DNA of 64,000 nt from Acidimicrobiaceae bacterium (GTDB lineage Bacteria > Actinomycetota > Acidimicrobiia > Acidimicrobiales > Aldehydirespiratoraceae), in contig JAPPMP010000026.1 in NCBI GenBank assembly GCA_028819005.1, positions 96 to 64,095 of the forward strand, written 5' to 3'. The stretch's first letter is position 1. Each line of letters starts with the position of its first letter. The translations under genes and the position numbers were made by a program. Under the pieces are notes generated by a model. That model was not told the origin of the DNA. It did no database searches and was given only the letters and a program-made list of their open reading frames with translations. Positions 1 through 9,373 of the stretch are shown piece by piece.

Positions 1-369
1 CGGCCGTCTCGGCTGTCATCGCGTTGGGTCGTTCACCCAACCGGCCACGGATCGTTTGAGCACATCACGCTCCATCCGCAAAGCCGCGTTCTCCTTGCGC
101 AACCGAACCAGCTCCGCCCGCTCATCAGAGCCCAGCCCGCCCGATCGCTCGACGCGATCCCTTCGCACCCAGTTCCCCAGCGTGCCCTCGTTCACACCGA
201 GATCCCGGACCACATGAGCCACCGGCTTGCCGGTCTCGTTCACGACCCGCACAGCCCCATCACCGAACTCCCGATCAAAATTTCTTCGCAGTCTGGACAT
301 AGCTCCTCCTTATAGAGCATGCCTCCACAAAAAGGGGGGAACCTCACCGTAATCGTCAATACCGGGTCA
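1..369 (-). mobile_element. IS3-family insertion sequence, one end only (element continues past window start)
   Basis: orfA (16..300) reads toward the window start, so orfB and the other end lie outside. A strong SD (AAGGAGG) sits 5 nt before the orfA ATG. The outer boundary near 369 (minus-strand TGACCCGG...) is only a guess from the 5'-TG terminus typical of IS3 ends; no partner IR is visible. Confidence 0.5.
16..300 (-). CDS. IS3-family transposase OrfA (HTH plus leucine-zipper protein)
   Basis: 94-aa ORF. HTH-like VAHVVRDLGVNEGTLGNWV is followed by the heptad-rich ELVRLRKENAALRMERDVLKR tail typical of IS3 OrfA. SD precedes the ATG. Confidence 0.8.
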   Translation of the reverse strand: MSRLRRNFDREFGDGAVRVVNETGKPVAHVVRDLGVNEGTLGNWVRRDRVERSGGLGSDERAELVRLRKENAALRMERDVLKRSVAGWVNDPTR

Positions 370-554
370 CAGCCATCACTGACTGCCTTGTCCAGAAATC
401 GCAGTGCGTGTGTAGCGCCTGCGTGCATCAACGCGTTTGCCTCTCGCAGAGAGGTTGTCCGCTGATATTTCCAAGCCCAGTAGAGCAACCACGCCGAGGC
501 CCACATTCGCCACAACGATGGGGATCACCAGCAGCAGCTCCCGCCACCGGCATA

Positions 555-585
555 TTTGACACGCTAATCCGCTTAGCGTGTCAAA
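555..585. promoter_or_regulatory. Perfect inverted repeat TTTGACACGCTAA-N5-TTAGCGTGTCAAA, candidate operator/promoter of the fic gene
   Basis: 13-bp arms read directly from the sequence, 37-67 nt upstream of the fic ATG (622). The left arm contains TTGACA (556..561). Half-site-like GCTAAC recurs at 588..593 and 603..608. Confidence 0.45.
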
Positions 586-621
586 TGTGCTAACCTTTGG
601 TACGCTAACCGGAGCGGCACC

Positions 622-2025
622 ATGGGTAGACACATCTCTCAGCAGTGGCGCGGCAACCCTCATGCGCTGCGGGCAAGCGACCGGCGAGGTGGTCGTTTCA
701 ATGCCTACGTCCCTCACATGTTGATGGGCTGGCGACCACGAGTCGAAGCCGATGTCGTCGCGTTCCTGAGTGAGACCGAACGCATCTTGTTGGAAACATC
801 CAGTCGAATGACTCCTAGCGCCGGCGGCGACCTTTGCTTCTGGGCTGAATCGCTCGGTTCTTCCCGCATCGAGGGGGTCATCCCCGACACCAGGTGTGTT
901 GTGCGAGCCTTAGCGAAGCGTCAACACACCGGAGAAGACGTTGCGCGTGGCAACGTGGCCGAGGTCATCGGCAACATAGACGCGACAACACAAGCACAAC
1001 AGATGCTCGCTAAAGGGCATCCGCTTCAGCTCCAAACCCTGCTAGACGCTCACCGGACCCTCATGGACGCGACCGCCACACCGCGACTTGGTGGTGTTGT
1101 GCGAACCGAGCAGAACTGGATAGGCGGAAACGACTGGCACCCGCTCGACGGTGACTTCGTACCGCTGCCGCCTTCAATGTGCCACCCGTTGCTGAACGAC
1201 TTGATGGCATATCTTCGTTCCGACGGACACCCACCGCTGTTACAAGCGGCGCTGGCTCATGCCCAGTTCGAGACAATCCATCCTTTCGGCGACGGCAACG
1301 GACGTGTCGGACGCGCCTTGCTGTACGGCATTCTGAAACGCCATGTCTCCCCTCACTCCACGATGCCTCCCATAAGCCTGGCTCTGTCCCGCAACCGCGA
1401 CGTGTATCTCGATGCGCTCGCGGAGTTCCAGACCTTCGTCGGAGACGCTGACGATCCGGCTCGCTCCGATGCGACGGTGCGATGGTTGGAGGTTCTGGCG
1501 ACATCGGTACAGCAGTCGAGCAGATCGGTGCTGCGGTACCAAGAAGCGATTGCTTCGCTTCGGGCAATGTGGCTGGCCGCTTGCGGAGGCCGCAGCAAAC
1601 GTTCTGTCATAGCGGCAGCCGTTGAGTATCTCCCGACGAACCCCTCGGTGACGCCCAAGACGTTGGCTGAGGCTATTGGCTTCTCGCAGCGGCGATGCGG
1701 AGATGCTTTGCGTCGACTCGAAGTGTTGGGCATCGTCAAGAGCCGAACGGTAGGACCATCGCTGCGCGTGTATGACGCCGACAAGGTGTTCGACGCGTTC
1801 AACGTGCTGTCGTCAACTGTATGCGACTCAGCCGCTTCCGCCGCCGACTACGCTCCTTTGCTCGCTGATCCACTCATCGACAACAGCCCTGCCCCTAGCG
1901 CTTTGTCCGCAGCGGGTTCGTCTACAACGCTGTGTCCACGCAAGGTCAAATCCACAGGACTGCCGTGCGGCCTCGTTCGTGGACACAACGGCTACTGCCG
2001 GCACTTGCGCCGACGCAGGAACTGA
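622..2025 (+). CDS. fic: Fic family protein (AMPylase-type, class II autoinhibited, C-terminal wHTH-like region)
   Basis: [12 protein letters not shown] matches the Fic motif HxFx(D/E)GNGRxxR. N-terminal SSRIEG fits the inhibitory (S/T)xxxE(G/N) helix. 467 aa, with a basic Cys/His tail at the C-terminus. Confidence 0.9.
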   Translation: MGRHISQQWRGNPHALRASDRRGGRFNAYVPHMLMGWRPRVEADVVAFLSETERILLETSSRMTPSAGGDLCFWAESLGSSRIEGVIPDTRCVVRALAKRQHTGEDVARGNVAEVIGNIDATTQAQQMLAKGHPLQLQTLLDAHRTLMDATATPRLGGVVRTEQNWIGGNDWHPLDGDFVPLPPSMCHPLLNDLMAYLRSDGHPPLLQAALAHAQFETIHPFGDGNGRVGRALLYGILKRHVSPHSTMPPISLALSRNRDVYLDALAEFQTFVGDADDPARSDATVRWLEVLATSVQQSSRSVLRYQEAIASLRAMWLAACGGRSKRSVIAAAVEYLPTNPSVTPKTLAEAIGFSQRRCGDALRRLEVLGIVKSRTVGPSLRVYDADKVFDAFNVLSSTVCDSAASAADYAPLLADPLIDNSPAPSALSAAGSSTTLCPRKVKSTGLPCGLVRGHNGYCRHLRRRRN

Positions 2026-2309
2026 CCTCGCGTCCGACGCTCGAGAGTCGCCTGACAGCAACCGAGGAGTCGCTCATCTGTGGAGTCTCCTTGGTGGTTG
2101 GGGCCACGCATCCTGTCTGTGTCGGTGGTGCCGTGGCGAGCCGTGCCGAACAGCCGTCGGGTTCTTGTGTGGCTGATGCTGAGATGGCGCTGAGCGCGGG
2201 TGATCCCAACGTAGGCGAGGCGTCGTTCTTCCTCGATCTCTTCGGGGCTGTCGAGAGTCCGGTGGTGCGGGAGCATTCCGTCTTCCATGCCGACGAGATG
2301 AACGTCGTG
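1992..2309 (-). pseudogene. Remnant of an SF1 (UvrD/PcrA/Rep-type) helicase C-terminus
   Basis: Minus-strand frame reads [45 protein letters not shown]. This is the conserved xGxEEGxxPH...EEERRLxYVxxTRA (motif VI) region. Only about 100 codons are present, with no upstream helicase motifs, and it overlaps the fic 3' end. Confidence 0.5.
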
Positions 2310-2449
2310 GTTCGGTCGGCTCCAGCGGCGAGTACCATCGCTGCTCCTCCAGCGACATATATTCGTCCTTGTTCGCCGTTCCGGCTCAGTATCGCCGCGA
2401 GGTCGTCGAACGCTGCCATCAAATCGCCAGCCGAGAAGTCCCGCATCAC
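2306..2449 (-). pseudogene. Truncated nucleotidyltransferase-fold (toxin/antitoxin-like) gene stub
   Basis: The first ~47 codons of ORF 1946..2449 ([48 protein letters not shown]) resemble N-termini of small minimal-NTase proteins. The start overlaps the XRE stop by 4 nt. Similarity ends exactly where the helicase fragment begins in another frame. Confidence 0.3.
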
Positions 2450-3102
2450 ACGACCTTCAGCTCGCGTTCGTCGAGCCAGATCCCGTGAACCTCGAACGCA
2501 GCCGGAGTCTTGAGAATGATCGAACCGCGCTCAAACTCGAACGGATCGCCCGGCCACCAGAACTGGTCCAAGAACCTGCTCTCTTGCTGTGTCCATTCTG
2601 GAACATTGACTCCTGAACGGTAGCACAAGTGCTCAACGTAAGCCCCTAGGAACGCGTCCCAGCGCTCATCGAACAACGGAGGCTCATCAGCGACTACCAC
2701 TGCTCGCTCAGTCGCGTCGGCATGTTGCCACACCAACCCGAAGTCGTGCAGGACCACACGCAAGCGGAATCTGTCGTCGTATTCGACCAATGCCGGAACG
2801 TAGCAAGCCAACCTGTTGGCAATGGTCGCCGCGTCCGCCAGCTCGTACCTAGAGTCATCGACGGGAAGGAAAGCGATCTCGTAGCCGAGCACACCAAGCA
2901 GGGCACGAAGGGTCTCCTCGCGGGCATTACCCCCGTTTTCGATGCGGGACAAAGCCTCACGCGAAATGTTGGCTTCTGCGGCAGTTTCCGCTTGGGACAT
3001 CGAGCGCCGCTGACGCGTGGCGCGCAAGGCCTGACCAACACGAACCGCGTCGGTCAACCCAACGAAGGCCGTTGGGGGTGAAACGGTGGTTGACTCCACC
3101 AA
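2446..3102 (-). CDS. XRE-family HTH transcriptional regulator with ~135-aa C-terminal domain of unknown function
   Basis: [41 protein letters not shown] is a classic Cro/C1-type HTH. TTG (3102) or GTG (3099) start. 4-nt overlap with the downstream stub. Confidence 0.8.
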   Translation of the reverse strand: MVESTTVSPPTAFVGLTDAVRVGQALRATRQRRSMSQAETAAEANISREALSRIENGGNAREETLRALLGVLGYEIAFLPVDDSRYELADAATIANRLACYVPALVEYDDRFRLRVVLHDFGLVWQHADATERAVVVADEPPLFDERWDAFLGAYVEHLCYRSGVNVPEWTQQESRFLDQFWWPGDPFEFERGSIILKTPAAFEVHGIWLDERELKVV

Positions 3103-3115
3103 CAGATCATACCGC

Positions 3116-3141
3116 GAGACGTGATCTAAAGATCACATCTC
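3116..3141. promoter_or_regulatory. Near-perfect inverted repeat GAGACGTGATC-TAAA-GATCACATCTC upstream of the XRE gene (candidate autoregulatory operator)
   Basis: 10 of 11 arm positions are complementary. It lies 14-39 nt upstream of the XRE start on the minus strand. Confidence 0.4.
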
Positions 3142-3511
3142 GTACCGCCGTTAGAACAGCGGCTGGTAGGTGGGTGTCGGCGGTGGCGTGTCGTCGTCTG
3201 AGACTTGAACCGTAGCTGACGAGCCGCGCGTGTAGCCGGTTCCAGTGTTGACGGTGACCGTCACGGTGCCGTGTGGCTCGCTGGTGGTTTGCCGGAAGCG
3301 GCCTGCACCCATATAACCGACGATCACCTGGAATGGTCTTGTCACCTCTTCGCAAACCTGTTGTGTCATGGCACGGATCTGTTCGACAGGCGCAAAGAGG
3401 TGATGCAACTCTGGTCCGACTACCTGCTGCCCACCGATTCGTCGGCAGGCAGTAGATAGTCGGTGAGCATTTCTGCTTCGACTTGACACCTTGATTGGCG
3501 GTGTATCCAGG

Positions 3512-3751
3512 CTAAGCCGTGTTGCGACGCACCAAGTTGCGCAAACGAAACACCCCACGAGCCAGAGTGTGGCGTGAAGTAACAGCCAGACCGAACAATC
3601 CGATCAGCAACAACCATCGAGGTAGGCCGAACGCACCAGGAAGAAGCCCTATCACAAAACAAGGCCACCAAATGTAGACATGCTCACGACGGGGCGTAGC
3701 CGTAGCCCAACGAATCAACCTAGTTGCCGCCACTCTGATGCTTTCTTGCAA
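3512..3751 (-). CDS. Hypothetical small membrane protein
   Basis: 79-aa ORF with two hydrophobic stretches (VYIWWPCFVIGLLPGAFGL and WLLLIGLFGLAV) in a locally lower-GC patch. No recognisable family. Confidence 0.3.
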   Translation of the reverse strand: MQESIRVAATRLIRWATATPRREHVYIWWPCFVIGLLPGAFGLPRWLLLIGLFGLAVTSRHTLARGVFRLRNLVRRNTA

Positions 3752-3890
3752 ACCTTGTCAATTGAAGGGAGATTGTAGCCAGAAGCAACAGACCACGCAT
3801 AACTTGCAGCCTTAGCAGCCGCATTCCGAAGCTGCTCTCCTGCGTTTACGGCCCGCTCGTGTGTTGCGCGTTTGAGTCTCGGATTCGTGC

Positions 3891-4175
3891 TCAGCGCAGT
3901 TTGAGGCGGCGGGCTACTGCACTGGCGATGCGGATTATCGGGCTGCGGTCCAATTCGACGTGGAGTGTCTGGTTGGCCTCGTTGAGTTCGGTGACGGTGT
4001 CGTCGAGAACTTCGTTTCTGGCTTCGAGGTCCGCCACTTGCTCCTTCAGCACTTCAGCTTGGCTCGTCAGTCCGATGTTCAGATCGCGCAGCCTCAGTAT
4101 CTCGGCGCGGAGTTCGGCTGGATCGGTGCTGTCGATCGGGTCCGGCCCTTCGGGAGTCACTGGTTGTTGTGCCAC
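3891..4175 (-). CDS. Hypothetical coiled-coil protein
   Basis: 94 aa, heptad-rich (AELRAEILRLRDLNIGLTSQAEVLKEQVADLEARNEVLDDTVTELNEANQTL). Starts 9 nt after the stop of the upstream GT2 gene. Confidence 0.45.
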   Translation of the reverse strand: MAQQPVTPEGPDPIDSTDPAELRAEILRLRDLNIGLTSQAEVLKEQVADLEARNEVLDDTVTELNEANQTLHVELDRSPIIRIASAVARRLKLR

Positions 4176-4184
4176 CGCGAAACC

Positions 4185-5594
4185 CTACGTCAAGTGACGG
4201 TTTGTGCGGGGGCGGTGGGCCCCGACCTTGATGGCCGTGTCACGAGGGTCGCAATGATCGCGGGGTTCGGTCGGCTCTAGATGGTCGGCGTTGAGGCGGA
4301 AGTTCTCCGGGTCGTCGGGCCGTCGGTATCCGGGGTGGTACCACGGATCGGCCACTTCGCCCCAGCGGTCGATCCATCGGTCCCACTCCCAGTCGAAGAT
4401 CCTGGCGACTCGGCTGAAGGATTCGCGATGAATGAGGGTCGCCGCGGGCTCGACGATCACCCGGCGTTCCGACCGGCGGATCTTCAGACACAGGTCAACA
4501 TCGTTGAACGAGAGCGGGAAGTGCGTGGACATCGCGCCCAGAGCCAGCAGCAACGATCGGCGTGACATGAGACAAGCCCCGGTGACCGAGATCACGTCAC
4601 GGGCGACAGTTCCGCCGTACCGTTGAGAATCCTCGATCGGCCAGCCGACGAACGGATGGAGGGGATGGGCGTTGTCGATGACCATCCCGGCGTGCTGGAT
4701 CGTGCCGTCGGGGTAGCGCAGCAGCGCGCCCACACCGCCGACCCGTGGATCGCCGAAATGGACGGCCATGGCGTCGATAGCGCCGGGGTCCATCTCCGTA
4801 TCGTCGTTGAGCAGCAGAACGAGCTCGTTGCGCGCCGCGAGAATGCCCTGGTTGCAGGCAGCCGAAAAGTTGAACTCTCCGGGCGGGCGCCGTTCGAGCC
4901 ACACCGGCAGCCCGGCACTGGCGATTTGTTCCGGGTCGCCCTGGTATTCCTCGCCTACGAGCAGGATCACTTCGAGGTTCGGGCGGCCGGTCGCGGCGAT
5001 GCGCGCAAGGCAGCGTTCAACTGCAAGTTCAGTACCGATGCCATCGCCGAGAGCCTTGCCCGCGGTGGGAATCACAATCGATACCGGCGGTTGCTCCGAC
5101 GGGTCCGGGACCAGTCGGAATCGACCCGCTCGGTCGCCTTCGACAGCGGTTGCGGCGATCCCGATCCTGGCCAGGTGGCTGTCCAAATCAGCGACGTCGG
5201 CGCAAGCAGGAGGTCGGGGATGCCTGCTCAGAACTGAAGGCACATGGAGCACGAGCGAGTTGTGCTCGACTAGGCGCAGGCCCAGACCGGGATCGGTCAC
5301 ACTGCAGCCCAGTTCCGCGAGGGTCGTGCACCGCACTGCCACAGGGAGACATGCTCCGGGTTCGTTGAGCAGGCGCGTCGGCGACCACGCGGGGCGGCGC
5401 TCTACAACCCCCGAAACCTCGATGTCGCCGTACACCGCGTCGGCGTCGCGGCGTTGGGCCAGGGCGTCGAGTATGGCACGCTCGCCGATTTCGCTGAGCC
5501 GTCCCGAACTGCCCAGATATATGGCCGCGCCATCGCAGCTCCGGTCACACGGTGACCCATCGGCAGGCGAGGTGACGACATGAAGCAAGCGCAT
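4185..5594 (-). CDS. Glycosyltransferase family 2
   Basis: GT-A signatures VSIVIPTAGK and LVLLLNDDTEM (DxD-type), then TGACLMSRR and NDVDLCLK. 469 aa. Confidence 0.85.
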   Translation of the reverse strand: MRLLHVVTSPADGSPCDRSCDGAAIYLGSSGRLSEIGERAILDALAQRRDADAVYGDIEVSGVVERRPAWSPTRLLNEPGACLPVAVRCTTLAELGCSVTDPGLGLRLVEHNSLVLHVPSVLSRHPRPPACADVADLDSHLARIGIAATAVEGDRAGRFRLVPDPSEQPPVSIVIPTAGKALGDGIGTELAVERCLARIAATGRPNLEVILLVGEEYQGDPEQIASAGLPVWLERRPPGEFNFSAACNQGILAARNELVLLLNDDTEMDPGAIDAMAVHFGDPRVGGVGALLRYPDGTIQHAGMVIDNAHPLHPFVGWPIEDSQRYGGTVARDVISVTGACLMSRRSLLLALGAMSTHFPLSFNDVDLCLKIRRSERRVIVEPAATLIHRESFSRVARIFDWEWDRWIDRWGEVADPWYHPGYRRPDDPENFRLNADHLEPTEPRDHCDPRDTAIKVGAHRPRTNRHLT

Positions 5595-5623
5595 GGGTTG
5601 CGGCGACGATAGCGTGCGCGGCC

Positions 5624-8377
5624 ATGGCCAAGGTTTTCTCGGCTTCTCGACTGCCTGCCTTAGTTGCCGTGGGCATGGTTATTTTTGCCTTCTGGCCTGC
5701 GCTTCTGGGTGGGGGGAGTCTGATCGCCGGAGACTTCGTCTACAACTACGCGGCCCCCTTCGACCACTACCAGTCGGACGATTTCTCCCTTGAGACTGGT
5801 TCAACGGATCCGATCAACATTCACTCCCATTGGGCCCCGTTGGCCGCAGACGTCCGTTCCGGCGACGTCGGCTGGTGGACGTCGGACCTCGCCGGCGGGC
5901 AGCCGACGATGAAGGGCGGCCTGCCGGTGTTCAATCTCGGCTACCTGGTGGCGCCCGGCTGGTTCGCGCCCGGTCTGGTTGCTGCAATCCGTGTTCTGAC
6001 TGCAATCGGGCTCACGTACGGATTTGTGAGGTCGCTGGGCCTTATGCGGGTGTCCGCGCTGGCGAGCGGAATCGCTTTCGCGTTCAGCGGATTCATGGTG
6101 GGTTGGATGAACTGGCCGCAGTCGTCGATTGCCGCGCTCGCGCCGGGACTGTTGTGGGCGGTCGAACGGCTCGTCCGCGACCCCAAGTTGTGGCGGGCGG
6201 TTCCGTTGGGCGCGGTTGTTGCCGCGATGGTCTGGTCGAACTTCCCTCAGGTGACGATATACGTGCTGCTGGCCGCGTCGATCTACGCTGTCGTGCGGTT
6301 GGCGGCTGAGTTGCATCCATGTGCCGACGACCAGGCCGCCGGCAAGCTGAAATCGCTGATGACCACGGGGCTTGTTGCAGTGCTGTTGGGCGCCCTGCTG
6401 GCAGCACCGCACCTGATCGGTTTTGTCGAGTACTTGGACTGGATCGACACGAGCGATCGTGAATGGGGGGACGTCGACTCCTCTGCGGGGGTCAAATACC
6501 TGCTCACCGCTGTCGCTCCGGCGATCTGGGGGCATGGGGCGTTCGGCCCGGACTGGTTCGGCGAGGTGAACTGGACCGAGCACAACGCCTATGTCGGCGC
6601 TTCGGTGTTGATGCTCGCGGTTGTCGGTCTTGTCACAGGTCTCGCGAACGGTGATCGTCGGCGCCGGTCTGCGTTGGCCGGGTTCGCGGCCATCGCCGCT
6701 GCGGGTCTGTTGATCGCCTATATCGGCGGTCCGCTGTCGGTGCCTTTGAGGGAGCTGACGGGTCCGGCGAGCGGAGCGATGACGAGGGGCAAAGTACTGT
6801 GGAATCTGGGCATCGCATTGATCGCGGCTTTCGGCGTGGAGCAGATCGTTCGGCAGGCCATGGGATCCGACAGATGGTCGCTTCGAAGGGGAATCGGAGT
6901 TTCGATAGCGGCCGCGGCAGTCGTCTTCATCGTGTTCCTGCCGTTCTTGGCCGACTGGTTGGACGCGGCCCGATCCCGCGGTCTGGTTCGAGAAGTGGCG
7001 GCGGCGTCGGTCGTCCCGGCGCTGTGCGCTCTCGGTGTGGCCGTGTTGATTCTGGCCCGGCTCCGCTGCTGGTTGGCGGGCGTTGCGGTCGGGTGGGCAT
7101 TGGTGGCCGTCATCGGGTTCGAACTGTTGAGTTTTGCCATGCCGGTGCCGACGATTGTCGAGCCGGCGGATCAGATCACCGCGACCCCCGCTCACGACGA
7201 GGTCAAGGAGCTGCTGGCGCCCGGCGAAAGGCTCAGCGGGGAAGGCTGGACCTTCTTCCCGTCGACCACGGCGTTGTTCGATATCGACGATGCGCGTGGG
7301 CAGTTGTTCAAGTCACGGGGCTACACCGCCTTGTTGCGAGCCGAAGTACCCGACGCGATCACCCTCGGCCAAGAACGCGGCTCTGTGACCTGGCCCTACG
7401 TACCGTTCGATGCCGACATAGCGTCTCCGGTGTGGGATGCGATGGCTGTCGGCGTGTGGGCGCAGTTCCCCTACAGCACACCCCCTGGCACTCTGATCGA
7501 GCCCGCATCGGCGTTTGGAGGCGCCGATCCCGCGGACGGGCCCATCAGGACCACACTGGCTTCGCCGGAAGGTGGATTGCGAGCGGTTCTGATTGAGGTG
7601 GTCTCCAGTGTCGGCGGTTCTGTCGACGTTCACATCGAGGCCGGCGGCAAAAAGAGCACCGAGAGACGCGACATATCCCCGCAGCACACGGGCCTGGCGT
7701 CGTTCGCAATAGCCGGAGAGGACATGGCTGCGGGAACGCCGGTGTCGATCGAGGTCGCGTCGTCTTCGCCTGAGGGCGTGTTGCTGGTCGGGGTCGACGA
7801 GTCCGGGGGACTGGCTGGCGGGATGGTGGCGGGTGACGACGAGTTCCGGCTGGCCCGCACGGGTGACGTCTTGTTGATTGAGCGCCCCGACGCGGCGTTT
7901 GTGCGCCTCGCCGACGCGGCCCTGGTCGAGGCCGATCCACAACGGGCCGCCGACGCGGTGGCGATGAGGTCAGTGGGGGAGAGTTCGGTTGTGGTCGATT
8001 CCGACCTGGGGCTGCCCGCAACGCCGGCGGCGGGCGCCGATCTCGAAGTTGTGAGCGTGTCGTTGGGCAGGGACCGCGTCGAGACTGTTGTGCGCGGCGA
8101 CCGGGACGCGGTGGTGGTCGTCTCGGCGTCCGATTATCCCGGATGGTCGGCGACAGTCGACGGTCGACCAGCGGAGATCGTCACCGCAGACGCGGCGTTC
8201 ATGGGAGTCGCGGTGCCACAGGGCGAGCACACGGTGACCTTGACGTTCCGCCCGCGTCATCTTGGAGTCAGCCTGCTCCTCGCGGGTTCGGGGATTGTGT
8301 TGGCGGCGGGGCTGCTCGCAATTGCGTGGTCCAGCCGAAATCTGTGGCCATTCCGCTCGGCTGGAGAACCTCGCTAG
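5624..8377 (+). CDS. YfhO-like / GT-C-type polytopic membrane protein with large extracytoplasmic C-terminal domain
   Basis: 917 aa. Many hydrophobic segments in the first ~520 aa, then a soluble region and a terminal TM. The tail DYPGWSATVDGRPAEIVTADAAFMGVAVPQGEHTVTLTFRP resembles the conserved YfhO-family C-terminus. Confidence 0.7.
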   Translation: MAKVFSASRLPALVAVGMVIFAFWPALLGGGSLIAGDFVYNYAAPFDHYQSDDFSLETGSTDPINIHSHWAPLAADVRSGDVGWWTSDLAGGQPTMKGGLPVFNLGYLVAPGWFAPGLVAAIRVLTAIGLTYGFVRSLGLMRVSALASGIAFAFSGFMVGWMNWPQSSIAALAPGLLWAVERLVRDPKLWRAVPLGAVVAAMVWSNFPQVTIYVLLAASIYAVVRLAAELHPCADDQAAGKLKSLMTTGLVAVLLGALLAAPHLIGFVEYLDWIDTSDREWGDVDSSAGVKYLLTAVAPAIWGHGAFGPDWFGEVNWTEHNAYVGASVLMLAVVGLVTGLANGDRRRRSALAGFAAIAAAGLLIAYIGGPLSVPLRELTGPASGAMTRGKVLWNLGIALIAAFGVEQIVRQAMGSDRWSLRRGIGVSIAAAAVVFIVFLPFLADWLDAARSRGLVREVAAASVVPALCALGVAVLILARLRCWLAGVAVGWALVAVIGFELLSFAMPVPTIVEPADQITATPAHDEVKELLAPGERLSGEGWTFFPSTTALFDIDDARGQLFKSRGYTALLRAEVPDAITLGQERGSVTWPYVPFDADIASPVWDAMAVGVWAQFPYSTPPGTLIEPASAFGGADPADGPIRTTLASPEGGLRAVLIEVVSSVGGSVDVHIEAGGKKSTERRDISPQHTGLASFAIAGEDMAAGTPVSIEVASSSPEGVLLVGVDESGGLAGGMVAGDDEFRLARTGDVLLIERPDAAFVRLADAALVEADPQRAADAVAMRSVGESSVVVDSDLGLPATPAAGADLEVVSVSLGRDRVETVVRGDRDAVVVVSASDYPGWSATVDGRPAEIVTADAAFMGVAVPQGEHTVTLTFRPRHLGVSLLLAGSGIVLAAGLLAIAWSSRNLWPFRSAGEPR

Positions 8378-8389
8378 CTCGCTAGGCTT

Positions 8390-9373
8390 TTGGGCGTGCC
8401 GAATGACGCGACTGGTGCTCGTGAGTACGTCAAGCGCGTCCAAGCGGACATCACCGAAGAGGCCCGCCGGCGCAGGGCGAGCAACCCGACGCTGATGGTC
8501 CAGGAACAGGAGATCAACCAGGCTTGGACTCGGTCGGCGCCGAGTGCGGCTGCGGTGGGCCGCGACGCGGTCTCGCCCGCAGAGGTCACCGAACACGTCG
8601 CGCATCTGCTCGGCTGCGTCGATGACCTCTCGTTGATCCATGTGGACGCGCCTGTGGGCAAGCGGCGCGGGGTTCGGCAGGTCAAGGGCGCGATCCGATT
8701 GCTGACCCGCTGGTATTTGAGGTACTTGGCCAACCAGATCAGCGCTTTCAACCATTTTCTGGTCGATTTCCTGAGGTCTGCAGAACAGCGCATAGCGCGG
8801 CTCGAAGGCGACGCCCGCGCCGCAGAGATCATGGGAGAGTTCGTTGATCCGGTTCCAGAAGCGGACCCTGTCCTGGGTCGAGCTGTAGCCGATCAGCTCT
8901 CAGAATGCGAGGGGCCGGTGGCGGTCCTGTCGTGTGGCAGCGGGCAGATCGTATCGGCGTTGGTTGAAGCGGGAGTCACCGCGCATGGCGTCGACGACTC
9001 GGTCGATGCGGTCAGCGATGGCGTGGACGAAGGCTTGGACCTTCGGGCAGCGGCGCCGTTGGACCACTTGAGCAGGATCGCCGACGGTTCGCTCTCAGGC
9101 GTGGTCTTGACGCGATTCGTGGAGCGCCGCGGGCCCGTCGAACTGACGACGCTGATCGACGAGGCTTTGCGCTGCGTCGCACCGTCGGGCCGCATCGTCG
9201 TCGCGGTTGCTGATCTCGGAGCCCGCTCCGGCCCGGAAGCGGAGCTGTTGCGCGGTTTGGGCCTGTCTCCCCAGACATGGGCCCACTTGCTGGGCAAACG
9301 AGGTTGTGTTGTCGAAGAGTCCGAGTTGACTGGCGCCCGGGTGACGACTCTGGTCACGGCTCGGCCACAGTGA
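8390..9373 (+). CDS. Class I SAM-dependent methyltransferase with N-terminal coiled-coil region
   Basis: The C-terminal half has motif-I-like VAVLSCGSGQIV followed by HGVDDS. The N-terminal ~150 aa is heptad-rich. The TTG start is uncertain (GTG at 8396 is an alternative). Confidence 0.6.
   Translation: MGVPNDATGAREYVKRVQADITEEARRRRASNPTLMVQEQEINQAWTRSAPSAAAVGRDAVSPAEVTEHVAHLLGCVDDLSLIHVDAPVGKRRGVRQVKGAIRLLTRWYLRYLANQISAFNHFLVDFLRSAEQRIARLEGDARAAEIMGEFVDPVPEADPVLGRAVADQLSECEGPVAVLSCGSGQIVSALVEAGVTAHGVDDSVDAVSDGVDEGLDLRAAAPLDHLSRIADGSLSGVVLTRFVERRGPVELTTLIDEALRCVAPSGRIVVAVADLGARSGPEAELLRGLGLSPQTWAHLLGKRGCVVEESELTGARVTTLVTARPQ

Noticed and set aside
1946-2449. 167-aa ORF as an intact toxin/NTase gene
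   Set aside because: Only the first ~47 residues look protein-like. The rest is Ser/Thr/Ala/Arg-rich and overlaps a better-supported helicase fragment in another frame. It is reported as a stub instead.
3151-3558. 135-aa ORF (or its 73-codon ATG-3369 version) as a gene
   Set aside because: It has no recognisable motif and overlaps other small ORFs in the lower-GC patch 3100-3900. I could not support it beyond being an open frame.
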